Assembly (NCBI RefSeq): GCF_006345805.1
Contig: NW_021836125.1
Coordinates: 62,001-126,000 of the forward strand
DNA length: 64,000 bases
Direction: 5' to 3'
Source: Octopus sinensis
Lineage: Eukaryota
Shown: positions 50,626 through 64,000 of the stretch, piece by piece
Layout of the letters: each line of letters opens with the position of its first letter
Numbering within the stretch: the first letter of the stretch is position 1
Notes under the pieces: generated by a model
The model's input: the letters and a program-made list of their open reading frames with translations, nothing else
Database searches by the model: none
What the model was told of the DNA's origin: nothing
Position numbers and translations under genes: made by a program

Positions 50626-51279
50626 CTGCATCTAAATAATTATCTGCGTACAATTTATCGATTTTTGAAAATTAAGAAAAAAAATATTATAGATGGTGTT
50701 AAAATAATTTTACAGGCAGAACTTTTATTTTAGTAAGACCTAATAATAATTAACCAAAAAATAACTTGTTTTTTAATGTTTTGGGATAAATTATATATTA
50801 TTCTATTGATTTTATTATTTGATAATGGAATTTTTCGACCGAAATTCCCCAATTTATTTCCAGAGAGTCATTGACAAATCCCCTTAATGCACGGTATAAT
50901 AAAATTCTCGACAATTGTATGAGTTTTGTTTGCTTTTGCAATTCGATATGAAATCATGTAGGAGTGCTCAGAATAATAAAAACAAATAAATCAATTTTCA
51001 AAGTGCATTGATTCTTATTAAATCAACTTATACATGCACTAATGTAGTCATGAGATCATCGTGTAATCATTGCAAGAAAAATTGTTGACTGTTTGGTTCA
51101 GTGAATATTAATAACAAGAAAATTAAAAAACGTTTGGATCAGTCAATACTGTCAATAAAAAATGTTGAAATTAAACCTGATTCGTTGATTGTTTTGAAAC
51201 AAAGGTCCAGTTCAATAAACTAGACATTTTTGTTCACAACAAATTACAAATGATATTAACTTAATTTTTTTTTAATTAA

Positions 51280-51600
51280 CAATAATTGATTAAAAGACAA
51301 CGAAAAACGTTAAGTCCCAGCGGCAAGGACGCAGTGTGCGTTGCCCCGAACAATGGCCAGGCCGATGCGCTGGCGGAACCAGAGGCCCTCTCTGGTGTCC
51401 TTGAGCCTCCTCCCGATGGACTGCCCGACCTCGTTGAGGAAAGAGTCAGTCTCCTTTCCCGCAGCTCCAGCGGTCTCCAGGGCGATTGCCGTAACGCGGT
51501 AGCGGTTTGCGAGCGAAGAATATTTTTGTAGTTTCATCTTTCGGCGTGGTTTGCAGCCGAACAAGGGTTTGCGGCGGAAGAATGGATCCTCGATTTGTTA
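51280..51600 (-). mobile_element. CRE-like 3-prime end
   Basis: KYSSLANRY, IALETAG and FRQRIGLAIVRGNA. Confidence 0.8.
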
Positions 51601-52204
51601 AAGAGTACGCCTCTACTACTGACAAACTTATGGAATTACCACTCTTTCTAAAAAGGTGGTAACTAAAGAATAATTAGATAGGTTCAAAAAATTTGATTAA
51701 ATAAGGTTTTTTTAGTTTCTAATTGTTTCCTTAAAGTATGATTTTTAGAACATTCAACAAATGATGTTTATAAACAAAAACTTTAAATAAATTCTCTATT
51801 TCTGCAGTGAAATTTACATGATTGCTAGTGTCTTAAACCTCTTTCGGCACCACAGCGACCAGTAAGGAAGATGAAATTCACAGTCAGATTTTGTTTTTTC
51901 CTATGTCTTGCACAGTCCCTGGACGTTTTTTTAATATTTTTTGTTTGTTATTTTTCCTGGTTATGTCCATAGGATATGTATTCTCGCTTACACAATAATC
52001 AAGCATGCTGGTTAACAACACCTAAAATTTATTAACAAATTAGTCCATATTTAAAATAGAGACTGCTAGTTAGGTCTTTTTAAGTCTCTCCCGAATGGTG
52101 ACTTTAGTAGTGCCTAAGGATATGGGGCCTTTTAGCAGTATATTGAGAATATCTCTTTAATGACTTGTATGTGGGAAAATTAATATTGATTGAAAAAAGA
52201 GTTA

Positions 52205-52990
52205 TAAAATAGCTAATGGCTTCTTGGCCAGCCTCGTGAATAGCAAAGCCATTTCCGCGGATCACGGCGGAGTCCCAAATAAGGGATTTCCCTTGCTGGT
52301 AAAGAAAGGTGGTCATGCCGTCTGGGCGTTTTCCGTCTTCTCTATCCAGCCCAACCGTCTCGAGGATTGACGGAACACCCGCGGAAGCGAGGGGTCTCTA
52401 AATGATTGCGTTGAATTTACTGTGGCGAAAGGCACGACCGGCACTCCAACGGCAAACGAGAAAGTGCAAACCGTACTCGTCAACAGTTTCTCCACAGCGG
52501 TATTTGTGCGCCTGACAGATCTTCAGCCCGACACGGAGGGGAGATTGGTATTCTTAAACAATCGTTGTCCAACAGATTCCCGATGGAAAGGAGAGGGAGA
52601 GCTTTTAACCAAGCACCGCTGCTTTGACAGTGACCTGCACGTAAGAAAGCGAGTCGATGTTGGTTAGAGACAGAGGCCAGGGCTTCGATAGTCGCCTGAC
52701 AAGAGATCTCTTCCCACTGCTCCTGAATAGATGGAGAATTGGGCAGTCTCGGACCAGACCGGGCTTCTCACCGACCATAAGCAGCCAAGTAATCTTCAGA
52801 CAATTTCTGTTCGAAAAGGTTTCTAAAAACGATGTCTAAGAAAGAACGAGAAGCTGACTGAGCGGATATGAATGCCGGAAGGGCCAGATCAGAATAAGAT
52901 CTCATGCCAAGGCCGCCGAGGATCATCCTGCTGGACCCCGGGGGACAAAGAGACAGGAACGTCGTCGAACATAAGAATGATTGAGGAACC
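52205..52990 (-). mobile_element. CRE-like fragment with internal deletions
   Basis: GVQQDDP is fused to GGLGMRS..LALPAF, followed by GAWLKALP, KRPDGMT and LIWDS fused to IRGN. Confidence 0.85.
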
Positions 52991-53748
52991 ATATGAGAGA
53001 TGCAGGAGAGGATGTTGGGACGACCTGTCTTCTATGTCAATTTACCACCACTTGGAAGAGGTCTCTGATCAATCTCGTCTTGCATGCCTTAGAAGCGCTT
53101 CACAAAAACAATCCGGAGCGTGGCTCAATGCATGTCCTATCCCTTCAGTCGGAAACAAACTGGACGACGAGACATTGCGAATTGCAATCTCCTTACGCCT
53201 TTGCATGAAGATCTGTCGCCAGCACCGCTGTAGTTGCGGGGCTTCCGTTGACGAATTCGGACGGCATGCTCTCTCATGCAGACGCAGTCCAGGCCGGTTT
53301 CTAATTGTCAAGAACGCTTTGCATGCAGCTGGTTTCCCGGCACAGCTGGAGCCTCCTGGTCTCATCCGCACAGACGGAAAAAGGCCTGATGGGATAACAA
53401 TTTTCCCGTACACCAACAGGAAGTGCCTTGTTTGGGACTGCGCCTGCACCGACACCTTCTCAGAGACAAACCTGATCGCCTCAGCCTCCTCTCCAGGATA
53501 TGCTTCACAGAACTACGAAAAAATTAAAATATTCAGAGCTCAAGGACAGGTTCATAGTGCAACCGATCATTGTGGAGTCATCCGGAGTCTTTGGTCCGGA
53601 ATCAATCGCTTTCATTAGGAAACTTGGATCCTCGATCTCGGTTCAGACGAAAGATAGAAGGGAGACCGAATGGCTGTTTCAACGCCTTTCAACAACCGTT
53701 GTCAGGGGTAATAGCCACGCTATCCTTTCTGCTCTTAAGCAACTTTAA
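52990..53748 (+). mobile_element. CRE-like 3-prime fragment
   Basis: SGAWLNACP, CSCGASVDEFGRHALSC, KRPDGIT, VWDCAC and FQRLSTTVVRGN. Confidence 0.88.
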
Positions 53749-56700
53749 TTAACCTATATTTTCTTCCTTATTATACAACTATAAATAATTTTTAATTTTA
53801 AATATTAAAAATCTCGCGGCACCTAAAACCAGACCTCGCGGCACCCCGGTTGGGAATCGCTGTCTTACACCGTTAAGAAAAGGCGACGCAATCTCCCCTC
53901 CTGACATCTCGCTGTGTACTCCAATTCTGGCCCCTGTTACTTCTTAAAAGGTTATTTACGACCTAAATTCTGACCAAAACCCAATTATTATTGAGAATGC
54001 CCTAAAATCCAACATCGACATTCAACGCCGTTGTTATACAAATTACAAAAGAGCTTCCTGGGACGATTACCGTCTCGCTCTAGAAAAATCACTGAATGAT
54101 TTCAAAATTATTAACTTTCGTTCGACTGACGCAGCAGTTAATTATCTAAATGCACTTATCATCTCCACCCCCAAAAAATTCATTCCTTAACTAATTATAA
54201 AAAATTTCTCCCAAGGTTACAGCTACAAAGTAAACACCCTTATAAAGATCCGTAAAAAACTGAAACGGTAAATTGGACAATCTGCTGTGTCCTTTATAGA
54301 ACTGAGGAATCTAAACAAACAAATCACTGCTGCCGCATATTGACTCAAAGTGGAGTCAATTTATTGCTTCTATTGATTACAGATCCAATTTCTTTGGTCA
54401 ACCCTTAAAGGGGTGAATAAACTGATGTTTGAGAAGCCAAAATCGCATAAGTCTGTTGTTTCTCGTCTCCGTTCAGATACGCCACTCAATCCGGTTCAGC
54501 ACGCTAACATACTAATAAAATATTACACTTTATTCAGTCACAAAACATCTAACAAAAACGACCGGAAAGTAGCCAAATCTCTTAGAAGACTTCCCGTCAA
54601 AGATTCTATCATCTCAAAAGATTAGGCCCTAATGCTATCAAAGCAAGTTTTTATTTTCAACAATTCTGTTGCGAAAAACGAAATACCATTCTTCTGGAAG
54701 AAATAATGTATCATCCCATCGATCAAACCAAACAAACCGGCTGGCATTCCAAGTTTCTACCGCTTAATCTCTCTTCTGTGTACGCTAGCTAAAATCCTTG
54801 AAAGACTAATTCTTGCCCGAATATCCAATATTTGCCAACTTCCCATACTCAACATTGTTTTAAACCACTTCACTCAACAACTATTCACTTAACAACACTT
54901 TCGCAATTTGTCCTTGACGGATTCAATGAGAAGAGACCCTAAAAACGAACAGTACTAGTTTCAATCGATGTCTCAAAGGCGTTTGACAGCGTCCCTCGGT
55001 GTGGACTGATCAACAAAATTTTAAAGACAGACCTAAACTCAAACCTCAAATCCTGGATACGTCTCCCTTATGGACCACTGTTCAAAACAACGCTATCTTC
55101 CAAATGGGGTACCGCAGGGTTCTGTGTTGTCTCTGTCCCTGTTCAACTTATATTTACATGACTTTCCGGCTAATGACCCAAGGAACTTGACATTATCTTA
55201 CGCAGATGACACTATCATTGCTTCTAAACATGCAGATTACATATCAACATCCAGCAACAACTATACTCCGTTGAAAATTGGTTCATTGAGAACAGACTTA
55301 GACTTCCCATTCGAAATCATCGGTCACCTTATTTTCTTCCGACAGAAGACAATCAAACCTTCACCCGAAGTTATCCTTCTTTGGTTCTGACCTTACATTA
55401 TGCAAAAACCCTATTAGTGAAGCCTATATTCTTATATAACGCCGGAACTTGGGGACTTTCCGCTACAGACAATGACAACCTAGACTCATTCCATAGAGAT
55501 CACCTCCGACATACTCTAGCCTCCAAGTGGCATTCAAGGCTGAGTAGCAGAACAGTTTATGCCAGAACATCAAGCAAACCAATATGCTCGAAATTACCGA
55601 ATGCAGATGGAGGCTGTTTGGACATATTCTAAGGATGGATTTGGATGCTCCGGCAAACGCCGCTATGGAGGACTATTTCGAAGCTGGGGGCCATCGTTTC
55701 CGTGGGCGACTAAGAAATACTCTCCCGGGTATGCTAGACCTAAAGAGGGCTGGTAAAAAATTGAAGGACGGGGACGATCTCAATGCACTACGGGACGTCG
55801 CCCAAGATCACGGGAAATAGAATAAACTAATTACTCTTATTGTTTCCTGTGCTGCACAAACTTTGTCATGATCCATGGCATCGCAAAAGTGCCTATAATA
55901 ATAATAAAAACCCTACTATCCTCGGACTTACATTTGATCCAACTATGTCCTTCAACAAGCATGTCTCTAGCATTTCTGACAAGGCAAACAGACCCACAAA
56001 CATACAAAAAGCAATAAGTGGTCACATTACAGGTGTCCAAAAGCCACTCCTCAAACGAGTTTCCAAACAATACATACGCCCCGTATTAAGTTATGCAAGT
56101 CCAAGCTGGGCCCCTTGCCTATCTACAAGCTCGAAAATGTCACTTCAATCAGTACAAAACAAGGCTATGCGCACAATATCTGAGTGTCTGAAATCAACCC
56201 CAATTAATAACCTCCACTGTGAAAAAAACCTTTTGCCAATTGAAGATCATCTAAATATGAGAGGAGCGCAATGTATATTTGCATCTCAAATTCCATATTA
56301 TTGTTCTGCTCTATATGTGCTAAACGGCAATTCTCGTTCAGTGAAGAACACGCCAGCAAATCTATATTCCCGGATCCTTGCTAAAATTGATGGCCTGCAC
56401 CAATGTCTATATCCAATGAAGAGAATTCGCGATTCGATATATACTTCAGCAATTCTTAAGCTGACGCCTAACCCCGTACTCGATAAACCTCCTCCTGAAG
56501 TTCACTTTCTAAATTGCTTCTCGACCGTTCGGCTCAGACAATTTTTTGGGTTTATCTATTGTAGATTCGAAGTCTCACTCGAATTTGTCCCTAGTAAATA
56601 CAACCTTTTTAGTTTTCCTACGGGAAGTGTATTTAGAGACTTTTCATTTCGTTTCTTTCAAATTCATGTGACTCGATATTAATAAGACCTGTATAACAAT

Positions 56701-56955
56701 TGTACAACGATACTCCAATTTTTTTGATCGAATTATTAATTGAATCTAGATTTTAATTTGCATAGATGCTACTTCAAAAATTTTATTTATAACCTATGTT
56801 AATAGACAACTATCCAAATCATAGTTTCTAGCACATCCAAATATCCTTCAAACTCATCAAAAAATCGAGCTTTGTGTGCCAAAGACTTTTGAATCAATTA
56901 AAAACAAGCACTAGAATTATTAGAGTTTGAATGGATTTAAATGGATTTAAAAAAC

Positions 56956-57027
56956 GGGGATGTGGTCTAGTGGTATGACATCTGCTTTGCATGCTGAAGG
57001 TCCTGGGTTCGATTCCCAGCATCTCCA
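56956..57027 (+). tRNA. tRNA-Ala(TGC), duplicate
   Basis: Identical to 42889-42960. Confidence 0.92.
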
Positions 57028-57186
57028 ATTTTTTATTAAATATTTTTTAATTATAAAGAAAATTTAGTTTACCCGAAGAACAAACAGAGATTATATTTTC
57101 AACAATTTCTCTTTTAAGTGATCGTATGAATCTCTGATTCCTTACAGACTTAAAACTTAAGTGGTTTCTGAAAAGAAGCTTCTCAA

Positions 57187-59356
57187 TCTTAATAATAAAA
57201 TGGTATGGTGTGTGTCTGTCTGTCTGTCTGTGTGTGCACACCAACTTCAAATTGGCAATACGATGTCCTCGACTTACATGATGAGGTCCTTAAAACCTTC
57301 CCCCCCAAAAAAATTAAAAAAAAATTTCTGCATTTTGGTTAAAATGAACAACTACGATGTCCTCGACTTACATGATGAGGTCCTTAAAACCTTCCCCCCA
57401 AAAAAATTAAAAAAAAAATTTTCTGCATTTTGGTTAAAATGAACAACTACGATGTCCTCGACTTACATGATGAAGTCCTTAAAACCTTCCCCCCCAAAAA
57501 AAATTAAAAAAAAATTTTCTGCATTTTGGTTAAAATGAACAACTACAATGTCCTCGACTTACATGATGAAGTCCTTAAAACCTTCCCCCCAAAAAAAATT
57601 AAAAAAAAAATTTCTGCATTTTGGTTAAAATGAACAACTACGATGTCCTCGACTTACATGATGAAGTCCTTAAAACCTTCCCCCAAAAAAAAATTAAAAA
57701 AAAATTTCTGCATTTTGGTTAAAATGAACAACTACGATGTCCTCGACTTACATGATGAGGTCCTTAAAACCTTCCCCCCAAAAAAAATTAAAAAAAAAAT
57801 TTTCTGCATTTTGGTCAAAATGAACAACTACGATGTCCTCGACTTACATGATGAGGTCCTTAAAACCTTCCCGCCAAAAAATCAAAAATTATTTTCTGCA
57901 TTTTGATTAAAATGAACAACGTTAATGTCCTCGACATTCATGATGAGGCCTATTAAAACCTTCGAGGCAAAAATCTCACGTATTAAGAATATCCTTGATG
58001 AAAACGACAGCAAAAATATTAACAATGATGAATTCCCGATTATTCGCGATAAAGAAATTCAATTCATCCTATGATTTTCTCTTTAAAATTAAATGCATAT
58101 ATCATTATCGACCATGAATCAAAATTAAAGCTATTATCATATTTGACTTTGACAGAATGTGCAATTACAGATTGCATGACCTTGAATAGAGTGTGCAATT
58201 AACAGATTTTGAAAAACACTTTGATAGTTAAAACCACATTAGCACAATCATTAACACAATTTACCACCAATTGACAGCGCAATCAGAAGAATTTGCGTAA
58301 AAATATTAACTATTTAGTTAAGTTTTTCGTAAAGATAGAATTTATTTTTGTATGCCTCTTTTCCTAAACTTTTTTATTATTCAAAAATAATTTTTTAAAT
58401 AGATAACCGAAGGAGGAAAAACGAAGCTGAAGAAAAAACGGTCAGCTTAAGGTAATTAATTAAATCTTTTTTGTGTGTCGCTTTTTTGGCTGCTGCTACT
58501 CTGCCTGCCACATCTCCGGCTGCCCCATTTCCGCCAGTGGTTTCTCTAATCAAGGTCACTAAGCTAAATCTCCGGACTATAAAGGTTCTTAAGCATTATC
58601 TTAATTGGCTGTTAAAAAATTAGACTGGTTGTTGCCGTGGCGGCAGAGATTTTTTTTGTTTATACCATTTTACAAATTTTTAAAGTTTTTTTTTGTTTTT
58701 TTTTTATTTTTTTGTTTTTAAATTATTCATTTTTATTTGTTTTTCTTTATTTTTTTGTTATTTTCTAAAAATTCAACCGGATTGAATTTTTAAACTCCTT
58801 AGATCCCTCTGGAATGCCGAATCATCTTTTAAAGTTAAAGATAGGCGTTCCAGTGGTTTTATTACGAAATCTTGCGCCACCTAAATTATGCAACGGAACG
58901 AGGTTAGTTATCAAAAATTTGATAGCTAACGTAATAGAGGCGACGATATTAACAGGTAAGTATAGAGGTGAGGATGTTTATATTCCACGAATTCCGATAA
59001 TTTCTGATGAATTACCATGTAGATTTAAAAGGCTGCAATTTCCTTTGAGGATGAGTTTTGCAATGACAATAAACAAGGCCCAGGGACAGTCATTAAAGGT
59101 AGTTGGGTTATTTTTAGAGAGTGAGTGCTTTTCACATGGACAGCTGTATGTGGGATGCTCGAGGGTAGGCAGAAGAGAAATTTATTCATATATGCCAAGG
59201 AAGGACGGACGACAAACATCGTTTATCAACAGGCGATAGAATAGGGTTACATTAAACCAGGTAGTTTTATACATCTACATAAACTTATAGTTGTTTGATG
59301 AAACAGGCCCTCCGAAGGAGCTAGGTCGCGGTGAGCGAAGCGAGCTGCCGAGCTAG
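57187..59356 (+). mobile_element. Non-autonomous Helitron, copy B
   Basis: Same TC/CTAG termini and helicase fragment as copy A. Confidence 0.9.
57260..57955 (+). repeat. ~95-bp tandem minisatellite, 8 units
   Basis: Same unit as 43191-44360, five units fewer. Confidence 0.95.
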
Positions 59357-62300
59357 TTCTGAATAAAACTGATCTAGTCGTTCGTTAAAAAGTACATAAA
59401 ACACAAATCTATTTGATGAATTAGCTTTACTTTAAACAACTTGTGGTCTTCATTCCATCCTATACAAAAGTGGTACGGAGGATTTTGTGAATGTTAAAAA
59501 CCCTAGTTACTCGCTTGTTGGCCAAGACCGTAAAGACGGGGGAGAGAAAGAACATTTTGAGTGAGCTGTCTTTTATCAGCAACGGTATTTTTGTGCTTGT
59601 ATGTGGTAAGCGCAATAGTCCAGAGAATGTAGTCCAGGGAGTTGCTCGATCCATTGCTCATTTGAATACTTACTATAATGCTCCTATTCAATATTAATAT
59701 CAAATTTTCCATTCTTCTTGTGCTTTGAAATTTATTTTGTCAACCAACAAAAAAATGCTTATCAACCAGTCAAGACAACTATTAATAAATTAGATAGGCT
59801 CGACTACCAATCTTGAATATTTGATCGAATGATACAAAAAGGAATTCCTTTACTCCCCGGATCAACGATGTCCAAGCAGATACATAATCATATTTCCACT
59901 CAGGCCATCAGATCACTTAAACAAAATAAGCTACTAGACTCTGCTTCAAATTTACAATTACAAACTTCAAATGTCATTATTAATTGACAAATTGACTTGA
60001 AAATGGTATAGACTCTGCACCTCCTCTTAAATCCGAATCCAGCAAGTATGGAGTTGGATGCAGCACTGTATCAGACATACGTAAAAAGGCTGATTTTTAT
60101 TTGGAATTTGGAATTATTCATTTTCACGAGTTGGATAATATCCCTTTCAACGTTATTTTACAAAAATAGAAGAATTGTTTCGGTTATCTTATTTTTACAA
60201 GTTGCAAATAATTGATTAAATATATATTTCAGAAATGATTTTGCTCAAACTTACTAAAAATGAACTTGAGGAAATTAAAAATTCATTGGATGTACTTTTA
60301 TTGACCGATTGGAGAAATCCAAAAAAATAAAACAAATTATCAAAACAGTTAATTTTTGAATATGAATACATAGTATTTATAAAATACAAAAACCAGAAGA
60401 AATAGTATATCTAAAATACAAAAACCAATGTCCCTACGTATGGTATTTGATAACCACTTTGTTCCCAAGTACAGTTTACCCTCTATTGCTCGCCAATTCT
60501 ATTGCTCGCCATTTCTATAACTCGCCACTTTTTGGAAAAAATGCCATTTTACTAAGGAAATTCCATTGCTCGCCAAATTCTCTTACTCGCCACGTTTTAG
60601 TATTAAAAAATTAAAATTTATTATTAAAAAAATAATTTTTTCAAATATTTATACCGCGTGTTTTTTTTGTAACATGAGGAAGTGCTCAAGATTATCTTAT
60701 GATCAAAAAAGAGAAATTATAAATTATCTTATGATAATTCTTCTCTAAGTCTAAGGCGTGTTTCAAAAATTTTTTCGTCGCGTTTAAAAAAATCAATTTC
60801 GAGACGTGCAATTAACGATCTTAAATTGAACAAACAGAAGATTCTTGGAATTAATCCAATTTATGGGAGAAGTTCTCGTTTTTCGAAACTTAGATATTCA
60901 GCAATTGATTCTGAAATCATTGCCTGGATAGATTACATGGAATCTATTGGAGTTTGCCTCAATGATGAGATAATTTTGTCGAAAGCAACTGAAATTGCTG
61001 TGTTAAACGGTCTCTTCGAATTTAAAGCCAGTAAAGGATGGCTTGAAAAGTTCAAAAAAAGGCACAATGTAAAACTAAGAATTTTTCATGGTGAATTGGG
61101 ATATACTGCGGATGAGTTCAAAGACCAAATCGAAGACTTTAAAAAAATTATCTCTTCTAAAATAAATGAATATGGTTCAGAAAATGTTTATAATGCCGAC
61201 GAAACCTGCGTATTTTACAAGACCATTCCATCAAAAAGTGTCTGCAGGAAACTTTGACCAGGACAAAAATTACTTAAAGATAGGTTTAACATTTTTAGCC
61301 AATTTTCAGTGCCTTCTGCAAGATAGAAATTTGTTTTTTGCAAACACGAGGCCGTTATGCAATCATTGTAAAAAAAAGTAAACAAACTGTTGATCATCTG
61401 GCCACTCAGTGTGGTAAAATGCTCAATAGCGATTATCTCCGAAGACATGACGAGGTGGTTAAATGTGTCCATCTTCATATTTGTCGAATGTATGGAATCA
61501 AAAAGAACAGGAAATTAAAGACTCATTCAGTTCAGTCGATATTGTCAACTCAAAATGTAGAAATTAAAGTTGACACGTCAATTATAACAGAAAATAAAGT
61601 CAACTTCAATAAACCGGATATCTTTGTTTATGACAAGATTAAAAAGGAAATAACCTTAATCGAGGTGGGCATAACATCTCAGGACCGCTTAAAACAAGTG
61701 GAAGTTGAGAAACTTCACAAATATGATTTCCTTGCAAATGAACTATCACTACTCTACGAATGCCAAGTTAAAATTATTCCCGTGGTTCTGACCTGGGATG
61801 GTGTTGTCACAAGATGCTTCAAAAATTATATGGATAAACTATATATTGAAAAATCTACAATGACATACATCCAATCGGTTGTGCTCAAAAGGACGCTAGA
61901 GAGCATGATAATTGAACACAAGCATGGAATGAAGATAACTGGCGAGGAATATGCCTCTGCGACCGATCAACTAGTAGAAATGGCATGCCGCCAGGACACT
62001 CCATTCAAAGATAAAAGACGCACAACAACTGACGCAGAGATAGAGAATGAAGAGGAACAAGCAGCAGACTCTTCTCCTAAAAGGAGAAGAGAGACTACCA
62101 ATCAGGATTGAAAATCCTAATTAAATATCTTAACCTTAATTAAATTTTGGTTAATAAATTATTAATTATATATTTAGTATTTAGTTGTTGTGGTGTGTGC
62201 ATGTACGTTTCCAAGCAGTTAAGGAAAACGAAACCTACGGGCCTTCCTGCAAATAAAAAGAACTTAAAAAAGACAGGACCGTCGCCTATGGGACCTCACA

Positions 62301-64000
62301 ATGCCACAAGAGCTAATGGTGTTAAAGAAGATCTTGTTGGTGATGCTGCCAAAACTAACTTGCATTCTCTTTCTGCGATCATCGGAAATGTCAATGGTGT
62401 CTCTGAAGGCGAATGGGTGTCTCAGATTGCCCTTGCCGCGAAGCAAAGACTTGGAAGGATGCCAAGAGGTGGTTGGAACCTTGTCCTGGAGAAGTTCAAT
62501 GAGAAGTACTCGGCAAAGTGCTCCAGTTTATGCCAACTAAAGAGCATGGCTAGACGGAATAACAATGTGCAAGGGAGATGCGACTCTTTCAGAGTGCAAG
62601 ATGATGTGGACGTAGAAATTTCCAGTTTCAGAAATTGCCTAGAGGAACTCAAATTCCAAATTGGGAAAGTTCAGTCTATTCAGAGAGACTCTCGAAAGCC
62701 AACTCCAAAGGTGCAACGAAGGATGGTAAAAACTGATATCCTGGCTGGATTAAATTCTGCAATTTATCATATTACAAAAGATGATCCGCCCCAAGATATT
62801 AATCAAATTACCGATATTTTATATGCTGCACAGTGTGCTTATTTGGTCTTAACTACGAGAGCCAGACCACAGAGCACATGGTTGGAGAACACGGAAAGAA
62901 AAATCTCTAAATTAGCAGATGAAATTGACACAGTTCGTTCCTTCTCCAAACAAACCTTGCCTCAGGCAGAAAAGCAAAAGGCAATGGATGTTCTCTGCCG
63001 CTACGGATATAAGAAGTCTAAGAAGGGGGAGCTAACCAGAATTGAGACTCTATTGAATGATCTAATTAGAATCAAAAAGAAACAGATATCTATCCATTCC
63101 TCGAGGAAAAATTTCCGGAAAGACAATGCGTGTTTTGAATTAAACCGCAGAAGATTTTATCGAAACTTATCTTCGAGCACCGAAGCCACCCTGTATGGGT
63201 TTGGTGATGGTGAGTGCTTATCATTTTGGGAAGATGTCTGGAGCAAGAAAAATATGGGGCCCGTAGTTTATGATTTTGTGGGTGTGAGGTGTACTGGCGC
63301 TGAAACCATGCGACCTCAATTCACAAGTGATTTTATTATGGATATGCTCAAATATGCATCTGACTGGAAGGCATGCGGATGCGACGGAACGTATAACTTT
63401 TTCTTAAAAAAGATGGATTCTTTGCATGGGTTTCTGTGTAAAGAGATAGTCCGAATAATTAATGGAGAGTACACGCCTGATAGCTGGTCAACATACTGCC
63501 GTTAAATTGCTTGAAGAAATATGGAAAGAAGAGAATTAAAAAAACAGATTAATTCAAAATTAAAGTTATTTTTATAATTTTTTTATTCTTGATTTGCTAA
63601 TTTTAATTCTTCCCCGGTTTCTAAATCGTTAATTTAGCGCATAACCCTAACCCTAGATTTTCCGACTCAATTTTTAGTATCCTAACCATCAGACAAGAAA
63701 ACGGAAACGTTTAATGATAAAACAATAATAATAAATTAAAATAAATAAATATTTTTTTAATTAATTCAGTAAGATTTTCGGTTAAATTAATAAAAATCAT
63801 AAGTTTAACAAATGATTAAAGATGATTAATGTAGATCATCACCCCGGACGATATAAACTGCCCGGACGATATAAGACACGACAATAAATAATAAATATTT
63901 TTAAAAATTTCATATTGTCTTCAAGTACACTTCATCAATGCAGTTTTCTCCTCGTCACACGACGTAGCAAAATTTTCCTGCCAACTTCTTAAATGAATAT

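Larger units (their letters stand above)
40005..53767. repeat. Tandem segmental duplication, copy A (~13.76 kb)
   Basis: The sequence from TTATTATACAAC (40005) recurs at 53768 with the same order of LINE, tRNA, Helitron, pogo and R4 segments. Confidence 0.9.
53768..64000. repeat. Tandem segmental duplication, copy B (runs off the window end)
   Basis: Begins with an orphan hAT end (to 53862) plus TCTTACAC. Then LINE with RTE insert (55414-55915), tRNA, Helitron, pogo (from 60472), R4 3-prime (to 62111) and R4 5-prime ORF (62201-63505). Confidence 0.9.

Noticed and set aside
52205-53748. Twin-priming 5-prime inversion of one CRE element
   Set aside because: Both halves contain the same domains with different sequence, so they are separate copies.
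1970-63505. Many short ORF-track entries antisense to genes or TEs
   Set aside because: They are shadow ORFs of exons or elements on the opposite strand, with no independent motifs.

Overview
AT-rich eukaryotic nuclear DNA in the standard genetic code: a few host genes sit among dense transposon debris. Host genes reconstructed by hand: exportin-6-like, LETM1, RPS16, C2orf81/DUF4639-like, SPAG16, a claudin-like tetraspan protein, PISD and two tRNA-Ala(TGC) copies. Nearly all their introns are about 23-35 nt with weak donor sites. I found one GC-AG intron, one apparent GT-TG intron and one possible back-to-back intron pair. Motile-cilium genes, mitochondrial genes and mini-introns together suggest a reduced ciliated animal such as a dicyemid; this is inference only. 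Mobile DNA includes hAT elements (one with an intact ORF, TIRs and TSD), Tc1 and pogo elements, a Helitron, CRE-like, R4-like, RTE-like and Jockey/I-like non-LTR relics, and a three-level hAT>Tc1>CRE nest. From 40005 onward a 13.76-kb unit is duplicated in tandem, and the second copy runs off the window end. The most unusual items are a Helitron whose ~95-bp minisatellite appears to be amplified from its own helicase coding sequence (13 vs 8 units), a circularly permuted R4-like retroelement, a sharp divergence step inside the duplication, and relaxed splice sites. Single-base homopolymer differences between the two copies suggest long-read errors, so individual frameshifts need caution. Relic boundaries are approximate, and all family assignments come from motif recall, not database searches.
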